A stretch of 64,000 bases of DNA from a virus. The position numbers and the translations under genes are program-made. Of this stretch, positions 27,759 to 37,332 are shown one piece after another (position 1 is the first letter of the stretch; each line of letters starts with the position of its first letter). The stretch spans positions 41,905-105,904 of IMG/VR virus record IMGVR_UViG_3300017731_002846; one strand, given 5' to 3'. Under the pieces are notes generated by a model that was not told where the DNA came from, did no database searches, and saw only the letters and a program-made list of their open reading frames with translations.

Positions 27759-29257
27759 AATTCAATAGATAAGTCTCTGTTGTTGTTGTCAGTTAAAGAA
27801 ACATCTACTTGAGCATCAACCATGTCTTGCAAGTCTCCAACTTCAGTGATATCAAAATTTTCAAAATTCAAGTTAATGAAATTTCTTCTTAAGTCAGTTC
27901 CGTTTGGCATTCTGACCGGCTGAATTGCTCGATGGATGTTTTCCCCTAAGTGCCTATACTTGAAGCAAGTAAGCCTATGGGTTCCGTATTGATTGTCTTC
28001 TTCGGCCAGCTCATCCATTGTCTTTTGACGTAATGAAAATAAATGAGAACTAAACTGAGTAATGCGATCAGAAAGAGAAACAATGCTTTCATCCTCAACG
28101 ATATTATCAGACGTACGATTATTGGTTATTCCAGAACGATTACTTTGGACACTTGTCATCATGGAAATTACAGGCTCGCCATCAAAAACGATATCTCTCT
28201 GAATCAACTTCTTGAATTTATCAACCATCTCTCCAACTATTTGCCACTCAGATTTATTGCCAGCTTTTTCAGCGGTTGTTTTAATGTAATCAAAACTTAG
28301 AATCATTTTATTACCCCTTTTAATATTTCCATAGTAAAAATGCTTTACCACTTGAATCATTGAGTCAATAGGCATCCCTCCTACGTTTTGATAGTAAAAC
28401 TTAAACCTCTTGATGATAGGCCAAACACTTCTGACCTTATTGACAATCTCCTCTCCGGCATGTCTCCATTGACCTGTCTCTAGTAAATGCATAGGCACTT
28501 TAGATAAGGCCGCACACTGACGCATCATTAACTCTTCTTTACTCATTTCGCCGTTATCAAGGTGAAGCACGGGTATATCTTCTTCCTTGGAAACTTTTAG
28601 ACAGAAGTCCATAACAAACTGTGTTTTACCCACACCGGTCCTAGCTACAAGTGTAGTGATATTTCCGGGACGCAATAAAGAACCATAAAGATTGTGCAGT
28701 CTTGAATGCGGGCCCTTGGGTCCAAATTCAGTTCGTGGGTTGTTTCCTCGAAATTCGATAACCTCTTCCATCTCAGAAAATATATTTTTAGGAGAGTTTT
28801 CTCCATTCTCATAAAGATTTATATTCTCAGCATAAATTGAATCAGCTTTATTGATGATATCCGTCAAGTTTTTTGACGAATCTATACTTTTCATTTCTTT
28901 AATTATGCCTTGTGCACTTTCTGAAATCTCCCGACGAACAGAAAACTTTTTAAGCTCTTTTGCAGACTCAATGACAGAAGACTGTGATGAACGCTTTAAC
29001 TTTAAAGCCTTAATATAGTCCGAGACATTAATATTGTCTTCGAAGGTTATTCCGGAGAGCCTAATTCTTTCAGATAATATAACTTCGTCAACAAAATTAC
29101 CAGACTCATAGTCTGATTTGAGGAAACTATAGATTATTTGATTTGGCTCAAAGAAAAAATCGTTAGAGGATACAAATGCAGCAATTTCAACATACTTGTC
29201 GGGATAATTTAAGAGCCCAGCAAGCAATTGCTTTTCAACTTCAGCGGAGAATACCAT
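27755..29257 (-). CDS. dnaB: DnaB-like replicative helicase
   Basis: DnaB N-domain, ARTGVGKT, EMS, FDYIK, QSNR. Confidence 0.93.
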   Translation of the reverse strand: MVFSAEVEKQLLAGLLNYPDKYVEIAAFVSSNDFFFEPNQIIYSFLKSDYESGNFVDEVILSERIRLSGITFEDNINVSDYIKALKLKRSSQSSVIESAKELKKFSVRREISESAQGIIKEMKSIDSSKNLTDIINKADSIYAENINLYENGENSPKNIFSEMEEVIEFRGNNPRTEFGPKGPHSRLHNLYGSLLRPGNITTLVARTGVGKTQFVMDFCLKVSKEEDIPVLHLDNGEMSKEELMMRQCAALSKVPMHLLETGQWRHAGEEIVNKVRSVWPIIKRFKFYYQNVGGMPIDSMIQVVKHFYYGNIKRGNKMILSFDYIKTTAEKAGNKSEWQIVGEMVDKFKKLIQRDIVFDGEPVISMMTSVQSNRSGITNNRTSDNIVEDESIVSLSDRITQFSSHLFSLRQKTMDELAEEDNQYGTHRLTCFKYRHLGENIHRAIQPVRMPNGTDLRRNFINLNFENFDITEVGDLQDMVDAQVDVSLTDNNNRDLSIEL

Positions 29258-29264
29258 GACGGTT

Positions 29265-29293
29265 ATATTAGCAGAAAAAAATTAATTAGTCAA
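29265..29293 (-). promoter_or_regulatory. sigma70-type promoter, leaderless
   Basis: TTGACT (29293-29288), 17 nt, TAATAT (29270-29265), 7 nt, ATG of dnaB. Confidence 0.7.
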
Positions 29294-29564
29294 GACCATT
29301 TTCTGGGTCATCATTCTCTGCGCCATACATATGATCAGCTTCTTCTAAGCTAATCAAGTATTTTTCGAGAGATTTTCTTAATCCCATTTCAATGATTTGA
29401 CTTTGACACCGAGTATAAACCATAGGATTTCCCTGTTGGTCTACATATGCTAGAACGAAACCTTTATTATGGTCTGCATCACCAGTCAGCTCGAAAAGTT
29501 TCTCTAGGATACTTTCCGGAAGCTGAAAGGAGTTAAAACTATCTGGGTTTATTTCTTCGCTCAC
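29286..29564 (-). CDS. Hypothetical acidic protein
   Basis: GTG start 10 nt after a GTGTA motif. Confidence 0.7.
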   Translation of the reverse strand: MSEEINPDSFNSFQLPESILEKLFELTGDADHNKGFVLAYVDQQGNPMVYTRCQSQIIEMGLRKSLEKYLISLEEADHMYGAENDDPENGLD

Positions 29565-29584
29565 TATATTTAGTTACACATGTG

Positions 29585-29995
29585 TTACAGGACAATACCA
29601 AAAGATTTAAACAAATCTTCTGACAAAACATCCTTGGGGTAAATTTCAACAAGCTTTATATTATTCAATTCGCAAAATTTTTGTTTGTCATTGTCCCTTC
29701 TTATTTGACTAAGGAAGGTAGACTTTGATTTTCCATGAAAAAATGGAGTATACTTTAAGTGCTGGCCTCCTTGGACTTCTATAGCTATGTTTTTATTAGA
29801 GTTATAGAAATCAAAACTCATTTTAGTGCCAGCTATAGGGAACTCTTCAAATACGATATCCATATCCCAATAAGGCTGAATAAACTCTTTAACAGAGTAC
29901 TGTAGCTTGCTTCGACTGGAAGCAGTCCATTTGATTAAGTATTTTTTAGGCTTCTTTACTCGTTTAGTTGAACCAACTAATGTTTTAAATATCAT
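29585..29995 (-). CDS. Vsr/DUF559-like endonuclease
   Basis: EEFP...FDFY....IAIEVQGGQH...RDNDKQ.FC..NNIKL. Confidence 0.8.
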   Translation of the reverse strand: MIFKTLVGSTKRVKKPKKYLIKWTASSRSKLQYSVKEFIQPYWDMDIVFEEFPIAGTKMSFDFYNSNKNIAIEVQGGQHLKYTPFFHGKSKSTFLSQIRRDNDKQKFCELNNIKLVEIYPKDVLSEDLFKSFGIVL

Positions 29996-31120
29996 TTAAT
30001 TATTTTCTTGGTAAATAAGTTCTTTAAAATGTTTTATTAAGAATGATGTTAAGTCAGGTGAGTCTTCAAGTAAAGAATTTAATTTAGGCTCACCTTGAAT
30101 CTTCTCTGGAAACTCCAACTTCTCCTTGGCAAGTAAATCTATAAAGTCTTGCTCAACAGAAATCCATGCACCTTTTTTATTTATATAACCCCAAAGATAT
30201 AGCATATCAATAACTTCTCTTTCAATCCATATAGATGTCCCATTTATTCTTCCATACTTGATTGGGTATTCCAAAGTATAATTGGTCTTTTCGTTTGGAG
30301 ATTTTTTAACTGTAATTTTAGCTATATGACCTATGATTTTATTTTTCTGTTGATCGATAGGCTGAGTTTGGTTTTCAAGTATTAGATCCTTCTTAAACCT
30401 GGGCTCGAACTCAAGAATGTAGTTGGCGAAGTGAAGTAAAGCATTACCCCCTGTAGCAGTAGTCTGCCTGACTGGAGCCTTACTATAAGGGTCGAGTTTG
30501 ATGTCGGCACGAACTTGAGATATAAATATAGCCATATGACCCCTCTTGGCTAAAGCGATACTCATCTTTTGCATAAATTTAGCACCAAGAAGTGCTCCGC
30601 CTGCAACCTTATGAGAATCTTCAAAGCCCTTTTTTAGGTCATCTTTCATGATCAAGCCGTCAAGAGAGTCTAGGATAAAGCAATACTTTGTGCCCTCGGG
30701 ATTTTTAGCCACCAAGATCCTCATTAAGTCAAGTACTGTCTCGTAAATATTACAGTCAAAAACAAAGCATTTGCCGGCATCCCAGCCATCTTCTTTATCT
30801 ACAAAGTCAATACCGCACCGTTTTCGCATCTCTTTTGAAAGCCTTCCTTCGGCCTTAATGTAGATGCCTTTAGAGTTAGGCATTTGTAGGAAATTTTTCA
30901 TAACCTCGAGAGCTTCAGAGCTTTTACCACCCTCATTCATACCAGTGAACCTATGTAGGCCGGGGCCTAAACCGCCATTAAGCTCAAAGTCAACCTTTAA
31001 GCTTCCACAAGATACTTTGTAATCAATTTCATCTTCGAAATTATAATGATGCTCTTCGTTTTGCTTTAAGAACGATGTTAATGCCTGCTTAGTCTCTGCA
31101 ACTTCTTTTGTTTTACTCAT
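29996..31120 (-). CDS. recA: RecA/UvsX-like recombinase
   Basis: GMNEGGKSS Walker A, KAEG, ILDS, FISQVR, TGGNALLHFA, G.I.KKGAW. Confidence 0.9.
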   Translation of the reverse strand: MSKTKEVAETKQALTSFLKQNEEHHYNFEDEIDYKVSCGSLKVDFELNGGLGPGLHRFTGMNEGGKSSEALEVMKNFLQMPNSKGIYIKAEGRLSKEMRKRCGIDFVDKEDGWDAGKCFVFDCNIYETVLDLMRILVAKNPEGTKYCFILDSLDGLIMKDDLKKGFEDSHKVAGGALLGAKFMQKMSIALAKRGHMAIFISQVRADIKLDPYSKAPVRQTTATGGNALLHFANYILEFEPRFKKDLILENQTQPIDQQKNKIIGHIAKITVKKSPNEKTNYTLEYPIKYGRINGTSIWIEREVIDMLYLWGYINKKGAWISVEQDFIDLLAKEKLEFPEKIQGEPKLNSLLEDSPDLTSFLIKHFKELIYQENN

Positions 31121-31449
31121 GATAAAAAATCTCTCAATGTCTTCGGTTTTTTGTCTATATTAAAATCTTCTCCGTATTTTTCTCCCAATTTAATTTCTTT
31201 TTTAGTAGGGATATTATACTTAAATAGATTGTATCTTCTTTTTAATTCGTTTTGGTAAAAACCAGAACGGAATAGAATCATACTATCAAGTTTCTGAGGA
31301 AAAGTCAAGCCTTTCCAGAATTTAGATTCAGGATAAAGCTCTAATAAAATATTAAGAGTCTTAATTTCTCTGCCCCAAAATAAACGTTTTTGCTTGTCTG
31401 GAACATTAAGTAATTTCTCGATAACTTTTTTCTTTTCAGTATGAGTCAC
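31117..31449 (-). CDS. Hypothetical basic protein
   Basis: First gene of the recA unit, ATGA-coupled to recA. Confidence 0.7.
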   Translation of the reverse strand: MTHTEKKKVIEKLLNVPDKQKRLFWGREIKTLNILLELYPESKFWKGLTFPQKLDSMILFRSGFYQNELKRRYNLFKYNIPTKKEIKLGEKYGEDFNIDKKPKTLRDFLS

Positions 31450-31455
31450 TTAACC

Positions 31456-31484
31456 ATAATAGCATTCAGTGACAAATTAGTCAA
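31456..31484 (-). promoter_or_regulatory. sigma70-type promoter, leaderless
   Basis: TTGACT (31484-31479), 17 nt, TATTAT (31461-31456), 6 nt, GTG. Confidence 0.7.
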
Positions 31485-31491
31485 GGTAAAA

Positions 31492-31737
31492 TTAAAAATC
31501 TTCCTCAGGGAACCAAGAAGGAGAAGACTCCTCGACTGTATAAATAGAGTCACCTAATACATCAAGATAAGGAACAATATATTTCCCGTCAGTGATTCGA
31601 GCTTGCTCGAGGGCCCAGGATGTAGTTGTTAAGGTATATTCTTCGGGGGCATCGTTTAAACTTGATATATATGCATTATGGCATGCATCTAGGCAAGCAG
31701 ATGAGTCTTCTTCAGAGTCTAGAATGTAATATTTCAT
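31492..31737 (-). CDS. Small acidic fibre-associated protein
   Basis: MKYYILDSEE...TTTSWA...DGKYIVP...WFPEEDF; ATGA-coupled to the upstream virion gene. Confidence 0.65.
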   Translation of the reverse strand: MKYYILDSEEDSSACLDACHNAYISSLNDAPEEYTLTTTSWALEQARITDGKYIVPYLDVLGDSIYTVEESSPSWFPEEDF

Positions 31738-33269
31738 ACGGCGAGAGGCTGATCTGTTTGATATACATGCCCGACTGGAAGTGTTTGACCCCATTTATAT
31801 GCCAAGTAGCCTTCTGTTTTTTTACGTAAAGAATCGCTGACAACAATATTATAATTAATAAATTCCCCTAATTGGAAATTAGTCCTGTTGCCCAATCTAA
31901 AGGATGCTGTGGCTGACGGCTCTATCGTTTTGTTGGTACCGGTTCCTTGTGTAACATCGACCCCGTTTTTATAGTGTTTCCTTAGTGTTCTTGATGCACT
32001 ATTTTGGAAATTAATAATATATTCATCGTTTGCAGAGACTGAGGGACCAAACGAACGGCCCGTTGCATCGTTTTCATTAATATCAATATAGAAAACTCCA
32101 TTTTCCCAAGGGGTATGTGCATTAAAATAAGATGTACTGCCCTTTATGGAATCGGTTAAAGAGAAACCATTACTTCTTGTCAAGGTTAATGTTTTTACTA
32201 CACAAAAAATAGACATTTCATTTATTGAAGATGTGTTGCCAAAAATGTTGAAGCCTGATGATGTCCCTAAGAAAGAATTGTTTGTGCTGGCAGCCTGATT
32301 CCATGTAAATTCAACTGTATCAAGCCCGTTAATAGCAGAAGAAGCCACGGTTGGTTGCAGTGAAGCTGTTGATTGAGTGAAATTAGAGTTTGAGCCTAGT
32401 GTGCCTAAATTTTTCCAAGTAGAAACAAGAGACGAACTCTGTATGATCTTGGATGTATCAGAGCTGTCAGATGCATCAAACCATGAAGCCGTAGAAACCT
32501 CACTTGGTGTCCATGCCTTGGTTGTAATAGACTCGGCATTTGACCAATCAGTAACTGTTGCGCCAGCTTCTGCTCTGGCACGATAGTAATATGTGGTAAT
32601 TGAATCCGGGGCATGCTCAAAGACTATGTCATTGGTAGCATTAGGAAGTTCTGTGAGAGTATTGATTATATTTGCAAAATCAGAAGATTTTGAAACTTGC
32701 AATCGATACAAGCTGGCAGACTCCGTGTAAGGAACGCTAATTAAGATCTTAAGCTTATCATCTTGGTTGTCTTGGGCTGATATAATAGGCGCGGCGACTA
32801 TGCTGTAATTCGCAGTGATGGTAACATTACCCGCGCCAACAGTAAAAGTTGTGTTGGCTGAAGTGGTACTGCCAATTTCGCCAGGGCCGACAACAGCCCA
32901 GGAATCAAATTGATAAAGATCATTTGGGTTTGCAGTAATATTAATAGTTGTGCCGATCTCTATATCTCCGCCTCCCGTTTCAGCTCCATTATTACCGTTA
33001 ACCGTAACAGTAAATGTCTGAATTCCAGATTCAAGAATCGGACGAAACCCAGAATCATAAGGGTCTGTAATTAAATACTCAAGCCCATAATTATATAACT
33101 TGCGGAAAAGTTCTCTACCCGTATGATTAATGTAATAGCTCTCCTCGGAGGGTTGCTCGAATAATACTGTAGCGATTCGAGACTGAAACTCAGGAAAGCG
33201 AGAGTTCAACTCACTGGGAGTTTCAACGGAATGAATTTCTTGCAATAATTTTGGTAATGTGTCGGACAT
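31734..33269 (-). CDS. Virion protein with B-repeat, FN3 and lectin/LamG-like domains
   Basis: ITANP...YQFDSW (InlB-B/Flg_new repeat), YYYRARAE...WS (FN3), WTP....WFDASD...EGYLAYKWG (C-terminal module); start MSDTLPK 12 nt after GTGTA. Confidence 0.7.
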   Translation of the reverse strand: MSDTLPKLLQEIHSVETPSELNSRFPEFQSRIATVLFEQPSEESYYINHTGRELFRKLYNYGLEYLITDPYDSGFRPILESGIQTFTVTVNGNNGAETGGGDIEIGTTINITANPNDLYQFDSWAVVGPGEIGSTTSANTTFTVGAGNVTITANYSIVAAPIISAQDNQDDKLKILISVPYTESASLYRLQVSKSSDFANIINTLTELPNATNDIVFEHAPDSITTYYYRARAEAGATVTDWSNAESITTKAWTPSEVSTASWFDASDSSDTSKIIQSSSLVSTWKNLGTLGSNSNFTQSTASLQPTVASSAINGLDTVEFTWNQAASTNNSFLGTSSGFNIFGNTSSINEMSIFCVVKTLTLTRSNGFSLTDSIKGSTSYFNAHTPWENGVFYIDINENDATGRSFGPSVSANDEYIINFQNSASRTLRKHYKNGVDVTQGTGTNKTIEPSATASFRLGNRTNFQLGEFINYNIVVSDSLRKKTEGYLAYKWGQTLPVGHVYQTDQPLAV

Positions 33270-33285
33270 GCATATATAATATACA

Positions 33286-33720
33286 CTATCTTCTCTTACT
33301 TGGGATGGCATAAAACCCTACAACCATAAAACATAAATCAATAAACGAAGAAAGCATGAGCCCGCCCGTTAACTTAACCACCTCCCAGTCTTTACCCCCG
33401 AAAATCCAACTAAAAAACCCCCACTTTGAGCTATCTCCCCTTGGTACGATAATTTCATAAGAAATATCAGGGTTGTGGGCATAATAAATCATGAGGTAAC
33501 ACATAGTAAAAGTAATAGACATGAATAGCATGCGGCGAGTAATCTTAACAAATGGATCACTGGCCTGCCGAGATTGATTATCTAGAATCGCCTTCATCAT
33601 TTCAGTATCTCTAGCGGCCAGCATCATTTGATCTTGCCTTTTTTGCTCCAGCCAGGAATTAATTAAATTGCAGGCCAGCTTAATACCAGCCCCTAAGATT
33701 GTGTTGAAGATTGGACCCAT
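33286..33720 (-). CDS. Membrane protein, possibly holin-like
   Basis: Amphipathic N-terminus, two TM segments, basic C-terminus. Confidence 0.5.
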   Translation of the reverse strand: MGPIFNTILGAGIKLACNLINSWLEQKRQDQMMLAARDTEMMKAILDNQSRQASDPFVKITRRMLFMSITFTMCYLMIYYAHNPDISYEIIVPRGDSSKWGFFSWIFGGKDWEVVKLTGGLMLSSFIDLCFMVVGFYAIPSKRR

Positions 33721-33911
33721 TAATCAGGTAAGTTATCGTAGTCAGCCTTACTACAAAACCTGGTCAACTTGGTTCCTTCATCAACAGCCTTAAGGCAGTA
33801 CCTGATAGAAAGCTTACCTGTTTTGGTAGTTTTTTCGATAGTATGCTTGGTTACGTCTGACTCAGAGATTTGAACCTTTTCTTTTTTCTTTACATTATAA
33901 AACTCAATCAT
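33720..33911 (-). CDS. Small basic protein, DUF5679/CC1-like putative DNA-binding
   Basis: MIEFYNVKKKEKV...RYCLKAVDEGTKLTRF; ATG 9 nt after GTGTA. Confidence 0.55.
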   Translation of the reverse strand: MIEFYNVKKKEKVQISESDVTKHTIEKTTKTGKLSIRYCLKAVDEGTKLTRFCSKADYDNLPD

Positions 33912-33925
33912 AGTGATATGTACAC

Positions 33926-34918
33926 TTAATAGCCTTCGGACTCGCCACAATTTTGCATTTGATCATAAATCCAAGAGTAAGTTTTCTCGAGGCCATCTTC
34001 AAGTGTGATGGATGGCGCCCACCCAAGAACTTCTTTAATCATGTTGTTGTCACTATTGCGACCACGAACCCCTTGGGGGGCATCTAAATTATAATTTCTT
34101 TTTAACTTAATCCCTCCAATTCCTTCAACAATATCAACAAGCTGATTAATTGATACCATGCGATCACTACCAAGGTTTAATGGGCGAGTGTCGCCTTTCG
34201 CCCACATTAACTCCATACCAGTAATGCAATCATCGATGAACATAAAAGAGCGGGTTTGTTCGCCGTCGCCCCAGATCTCGATTTCATGTTTGCCGCTCAT
34301 TTTAGCCTCAATAACCTTGCGGCATATTGCAGCAGGCGCTTTTTCACGACCACCACGCCATGTTCCGAACGGCCCGTAAACATTATGATAACGGCAGGTA
34401 CGAGAGTCGATACCAAAATCTTTTCCGTAATAATGAGTAATAAGCTCGCTGAATAATTTTTCCCAACCATACCCATCATCTGGATTTGCTGGAAACACAT
34501 CAGACTCTTTGAGAGCTTGAGAAGATTGATCTTTAATCTCAGACTGAATAGAAGCTGGATAAACACAAGCTGTAGAACTATAAAGAACTTCCTTTACACC
34601 ATTGTCTCGTGCGGCCATCATCATGTGAGTTTGAATCAAAACATTCTCCATGCAAAGAGCTTGATTGTTTTCAACAAAACCCATGCCGCCCATATTACAG
34701 GCAAGATTGTAGATTCGATCAACCCCTTTACTTAATTTGTAACAGTGACCCTTCTCCTGCAGATTGCAATCAGCATGATTTTCGGCGGCATTAAATGTCT
34801 GATACCACATGTTGGCCGGCTTGATATCTGCCGCAACAACTTCATGGCCTTGAGCTAATAAATCTTTAACTAAATAACCGGCAATAAAACCGCCTGCTCC
34901 TCCAACTAGTATTTTCAT
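33926..34918 (-). CDS. GDP-mannose 3,5-epimerase-like extended SDR
   Basis: GAGGFIA, NLACNMGGMGF, YGWEK, GGREKAPAAICRK, IWGDGEQTRSF, GVRGRNSDN. Confidence 0.92.
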   Translation of the reverse strand: MKILVGGAGGFIAGYLVKDLLAQGHEVVAADIKPANMWYQTFNAAENHADCNLQEKGHCYKLSKGVDRIYNLACNMGGMGFVENNQALCMENVLIQTHMMMAARDNGVKEVLYSSTACVYPASIQSEIKDQSSQALKESDVFPANPDDGYGWEKLFSELITHYYGKDFGIDSRTCRYHNVYGPFGTWRGGREKAPAAICRKVIEAKMSGKHEIEIWGDGEQTRSFMFIDDCITGMELMWAKGDTRPLNLGSDRMVSINQLVDIVEGIGGIKLKRNYNLDAPQGVRGRNSDNNMIKEVLGWAPSITLEDGLEKTYSWIYDQMQNCGESEGY

Positions 34919-35493
34919 TTTTTTTCTAAGATGTATTGATATTTAAGAGTTTGAAAGTTTGATATTTCATCAAAATGATGTTCAAGAAAAGCATCGATAG
35001 CTGGAATAATTCCAAAATCTAATAACCTAATCTGAGCATCATTATCTTGATATGCATTCCCGCATAAATATCCTCCAGGTTTTAATTTATGCCACCAGGT
35101 TTCCAGATCTTGTTGTATGAAAGAAAAAGAGTGATTCGCATCTAGGTATATCCAGTCTAGCGAATTGTCGTCAAAATTATCAAGGGCATCGATGGAGTGT
35201 TTCTGAATAACATCAACCCTAGAGTCAGTAGAAAATCTGTCAATAACACTTCGCTTGATTTCATCCATATCAGACTGAGGGATGGCATGCCATCTTGCAG
35301 GTATATCGATAATGCTAACCCATGGATCTATTAAATGAAGTTCAGACGGCTCCATTTTTAATATAAATTCAGAAAAATCGCCTTTAAAAACACCAATTTC
35401 AGCACACCTGTATCCAGGTTTTATCTTCTCTAACAAAAAGAGTCTCGAATCATCTAATTCGAATTCATAAGGCAGTGGTAATTGCTTATCCAT
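34915..35493 (-). CDS. SAM methyltransferase (Methyltransf_24-like)
   Basis: EIGVFKG, LIDPW, DWIYLDANHS, KPGGYLCG. Confidence 0.88.
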   Translation of the reverse strand: MDKQLPLPYEFELDDSRLFLLEKIKPGYRCAEIGVFKGDFSEFILKMEPSELHLIDPWVSIIDIPARWHAIPQSDMDEIKRSVIDRFSTDSRVDVIQKHSIDALDNFDDNSLDWIYLDANHSFSFIQQDLETWWHKLKPGGYLCGNAYQDNDAQIRLLDFGIIPAIDAFLEHHFDEISNFQTLKYQYILEKK

Positions 35494-35498
35494 GATAT

Positions 35499-36086
35499 TT
35501 AAAATTTATAATTATATTTTTTAATGTCTTCTTGATATATATTATACACAACCCTCTTGCTATCTTCTATATATAATTGTCTATAATTTAAATTATTTGT
35601 TGAGTTGACTTTACGAAGATTAGCGTTGGGCAATTTAAGCTTTGCCAAGATGAATGCATAATCTTGTTGAATGTTTTCAAATTTACCAAGAAAGTCAATG
35701 CTTGAGTCGAGGAAATAATTATAGGGTTTGAAGTGAATGCCAGACTCAAAAGAACCTTCTTCTCTTTTCATCAACTTCATAAAATCAGGTATATGATTCA
35801 CAAATTCATTAAAATCCATTTCATTAGCGGCATCCGATATTATACTGTTTCTTTTGTACCAACGATGGCCTTGTTTTAATTTCTGGAAATATTTATATGC
35901 AGAAGCTACTCTATCGTATGGGTTTCTTACAAAAGTAAAAGAAAAATAATCTTTATGTTCAGAATGATGGGATGCTGGCGCATGTCCAGAGAAACCTAAT
36001 GATTCCAGTTTTAATTGCTGGTTTATTGAGCTGCCAGCACATTTTGGGATGTGCACAAAAATGCACTTCAAAGAATGAGAAATCAC
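35499..36086 (-). CDS. Sulfotransferase family 2
   Basis: FVHIPKCAGSS (5'-PSB) and FVRNPYDRVASAY (3'-PB). Confidence 0.92.
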   Translation of the reverse strand: MISHSLKCIFVHIPKCAGSSINQQLKLESLGFSGHAPASHHSEHKDYFSFTFVRNPYDRVASAYKYFQKLKQGHRWYKRNSIISDAANEMDFNEFVNHIPDFMKLMKREEGSFESGIHFKPYNYFLDSSIDFLGKFENIQQDYAFILAKLKLPNANLRKVNSTNNLNYRQLYIEDSKRVVYNIYQEDIKKYNYKF

Positions 36087-36625
36087 TTTTTTTGAAAAAC
36101 GAATTGGTCCTTAATTAATTCCGAATGAGAAATCTCGGATTCTTTTTCCTCCCTAAACTCATCAACCGCCTGAACCACTCCAAATTTTAATTGCTCTACT
36201 TGATATTTGCCATCAATGTAATCATCTCCGCATAAGTATCCGCCACTTTTTAGTTTGGGCCACCATCCATTTAAGTCTTCTTTTACAAATTCGTAGCTAT
36301 GGTTGCCGTCAATGTATATCCAGTCTGCAGAACCATCTTTAATATCTGACATGGCATCGGCAGAAAATTTACGGATCAATTGGACTTTATTATTAAAAAA
36401 GAAACGACGACGAACCTTATTATGGATATCGTCAAGTATTTTTTGGTCAGTGTTATGAAGCCTGCCTTCTACATCATTAATTGACTTCCAGGGGTCAATA
36501 AGATAAAGCCTCGATATTGGTAGTTGAGTTATCTGGCGAGAGAGATCCCCCTGCCAAACTCCAACTTCTATGCAGACAGCATCGTGCTTTATAAACTCTA
36601 AAGTAGCATTGTTACCTAAACTCAT
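36083..36625 (-). CDS. SAM methyltransferase (Methyltransf_24-like)
   Basis: EVGVWQG, LIDPW, DWIYIDGNHSY, GGYLCGDDY. Confidence 0.9.
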   Translation of the reverse strand: MSLGNNATLEFIKHDAVCIEVGVWQGDLSRQITQLPISRLYLIDPWKSINDVEGRLHNTDQKILDDIHNKVRRRFFFNNKVQLIRKFSADAMSDIKDGSADWIYIDGNHSYEFVKEDLNGWWPKLKSGGYLCGDDYIDGKYQVEQLKFGVVQAVDEFREEKESEISHSELIKDQFVFQKK

Positions 36626-36627
36626 AA

Positions 36628-37332
36628 TTAATCCTTATATATCATTGTTTTATTGCAGCGAGAAATGTTTGGTATTTTAAATTTATCCTCATTCATATGG
36701 TACACTAAATTAGATGTTAATTTACCCTGATCAAGAGACTCGGCGATATTAATATAGTTTTCTTGAAATGAATACAAATCTTTAATTGGCTTAAAACCCA
36801 TAATCGGATATAACTCTGATAAGGGATAATGCTCTGAAAGTCTATTATTTAAATATAAAAATTCTATAATTTCTTTTTTTATTAGCTGTGGTTGAAATAT
36901 CTGATGGTGGTTTCTTTTTTTAACTAGTTTATATGGGCCAAAGTCATGTTTTGTTTTAAGAAAACTTTTGTGAGCATCCGCATTTTTTGTAAACATAAAC
37001 CCGCCGATATCATTAGAATTAAATTCGTATAAATCTGTGATCATCTGCTTATTCTTGAAATCCAGAATGTATTTGTCATCTTGAGCCCACCATATAAATT
37101 CATTTTCATTAACAACTGAAAGAAGTGTTCTGATAGTCGGTTTAATAGCGCTGTCTGTTTGCAGTAACTTAATTTTATCTGAACCGTATTGGCCGATTAA
37201 GTGTTGAGGTTTAGTCTTGTTCCAGGGAACATAAAATACAAAAGGATTATCTGGCCAACACTTAAAATATGTATGCAGAACATACTCCATAATCGGTATA
37301 TTACGATCAAATGTAAAACAAAGAGCTTTCAT
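36628..37332 (-). CDS. Putative GT-A glycosyltransferase
   Basis: EFIWWAQDD DxD-like motif and cluster context. Confidence 0.5.
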   Translation of the reverse strand: MKALCFTFDRNIPIMEYVLHTYFKCWPDNPFVFYVPWNKTKPQHLIGQYGSDKIKLLQTDSAIKPTIRTLLSVVNENEFIWWAQDDKYILDFKNKQMITDLYEFNSNDIGGFMFTKNADAHKSFLKTKHDFGPYKLVKKRNHHQIFQPQLIKKEIIEFLYLNNRLSEHYPLSELYPIMGFKPIKDLYSFQENYINIAESLDQGKLTSNLVYHMNEDKFKIPNISRCNKTMIYKD

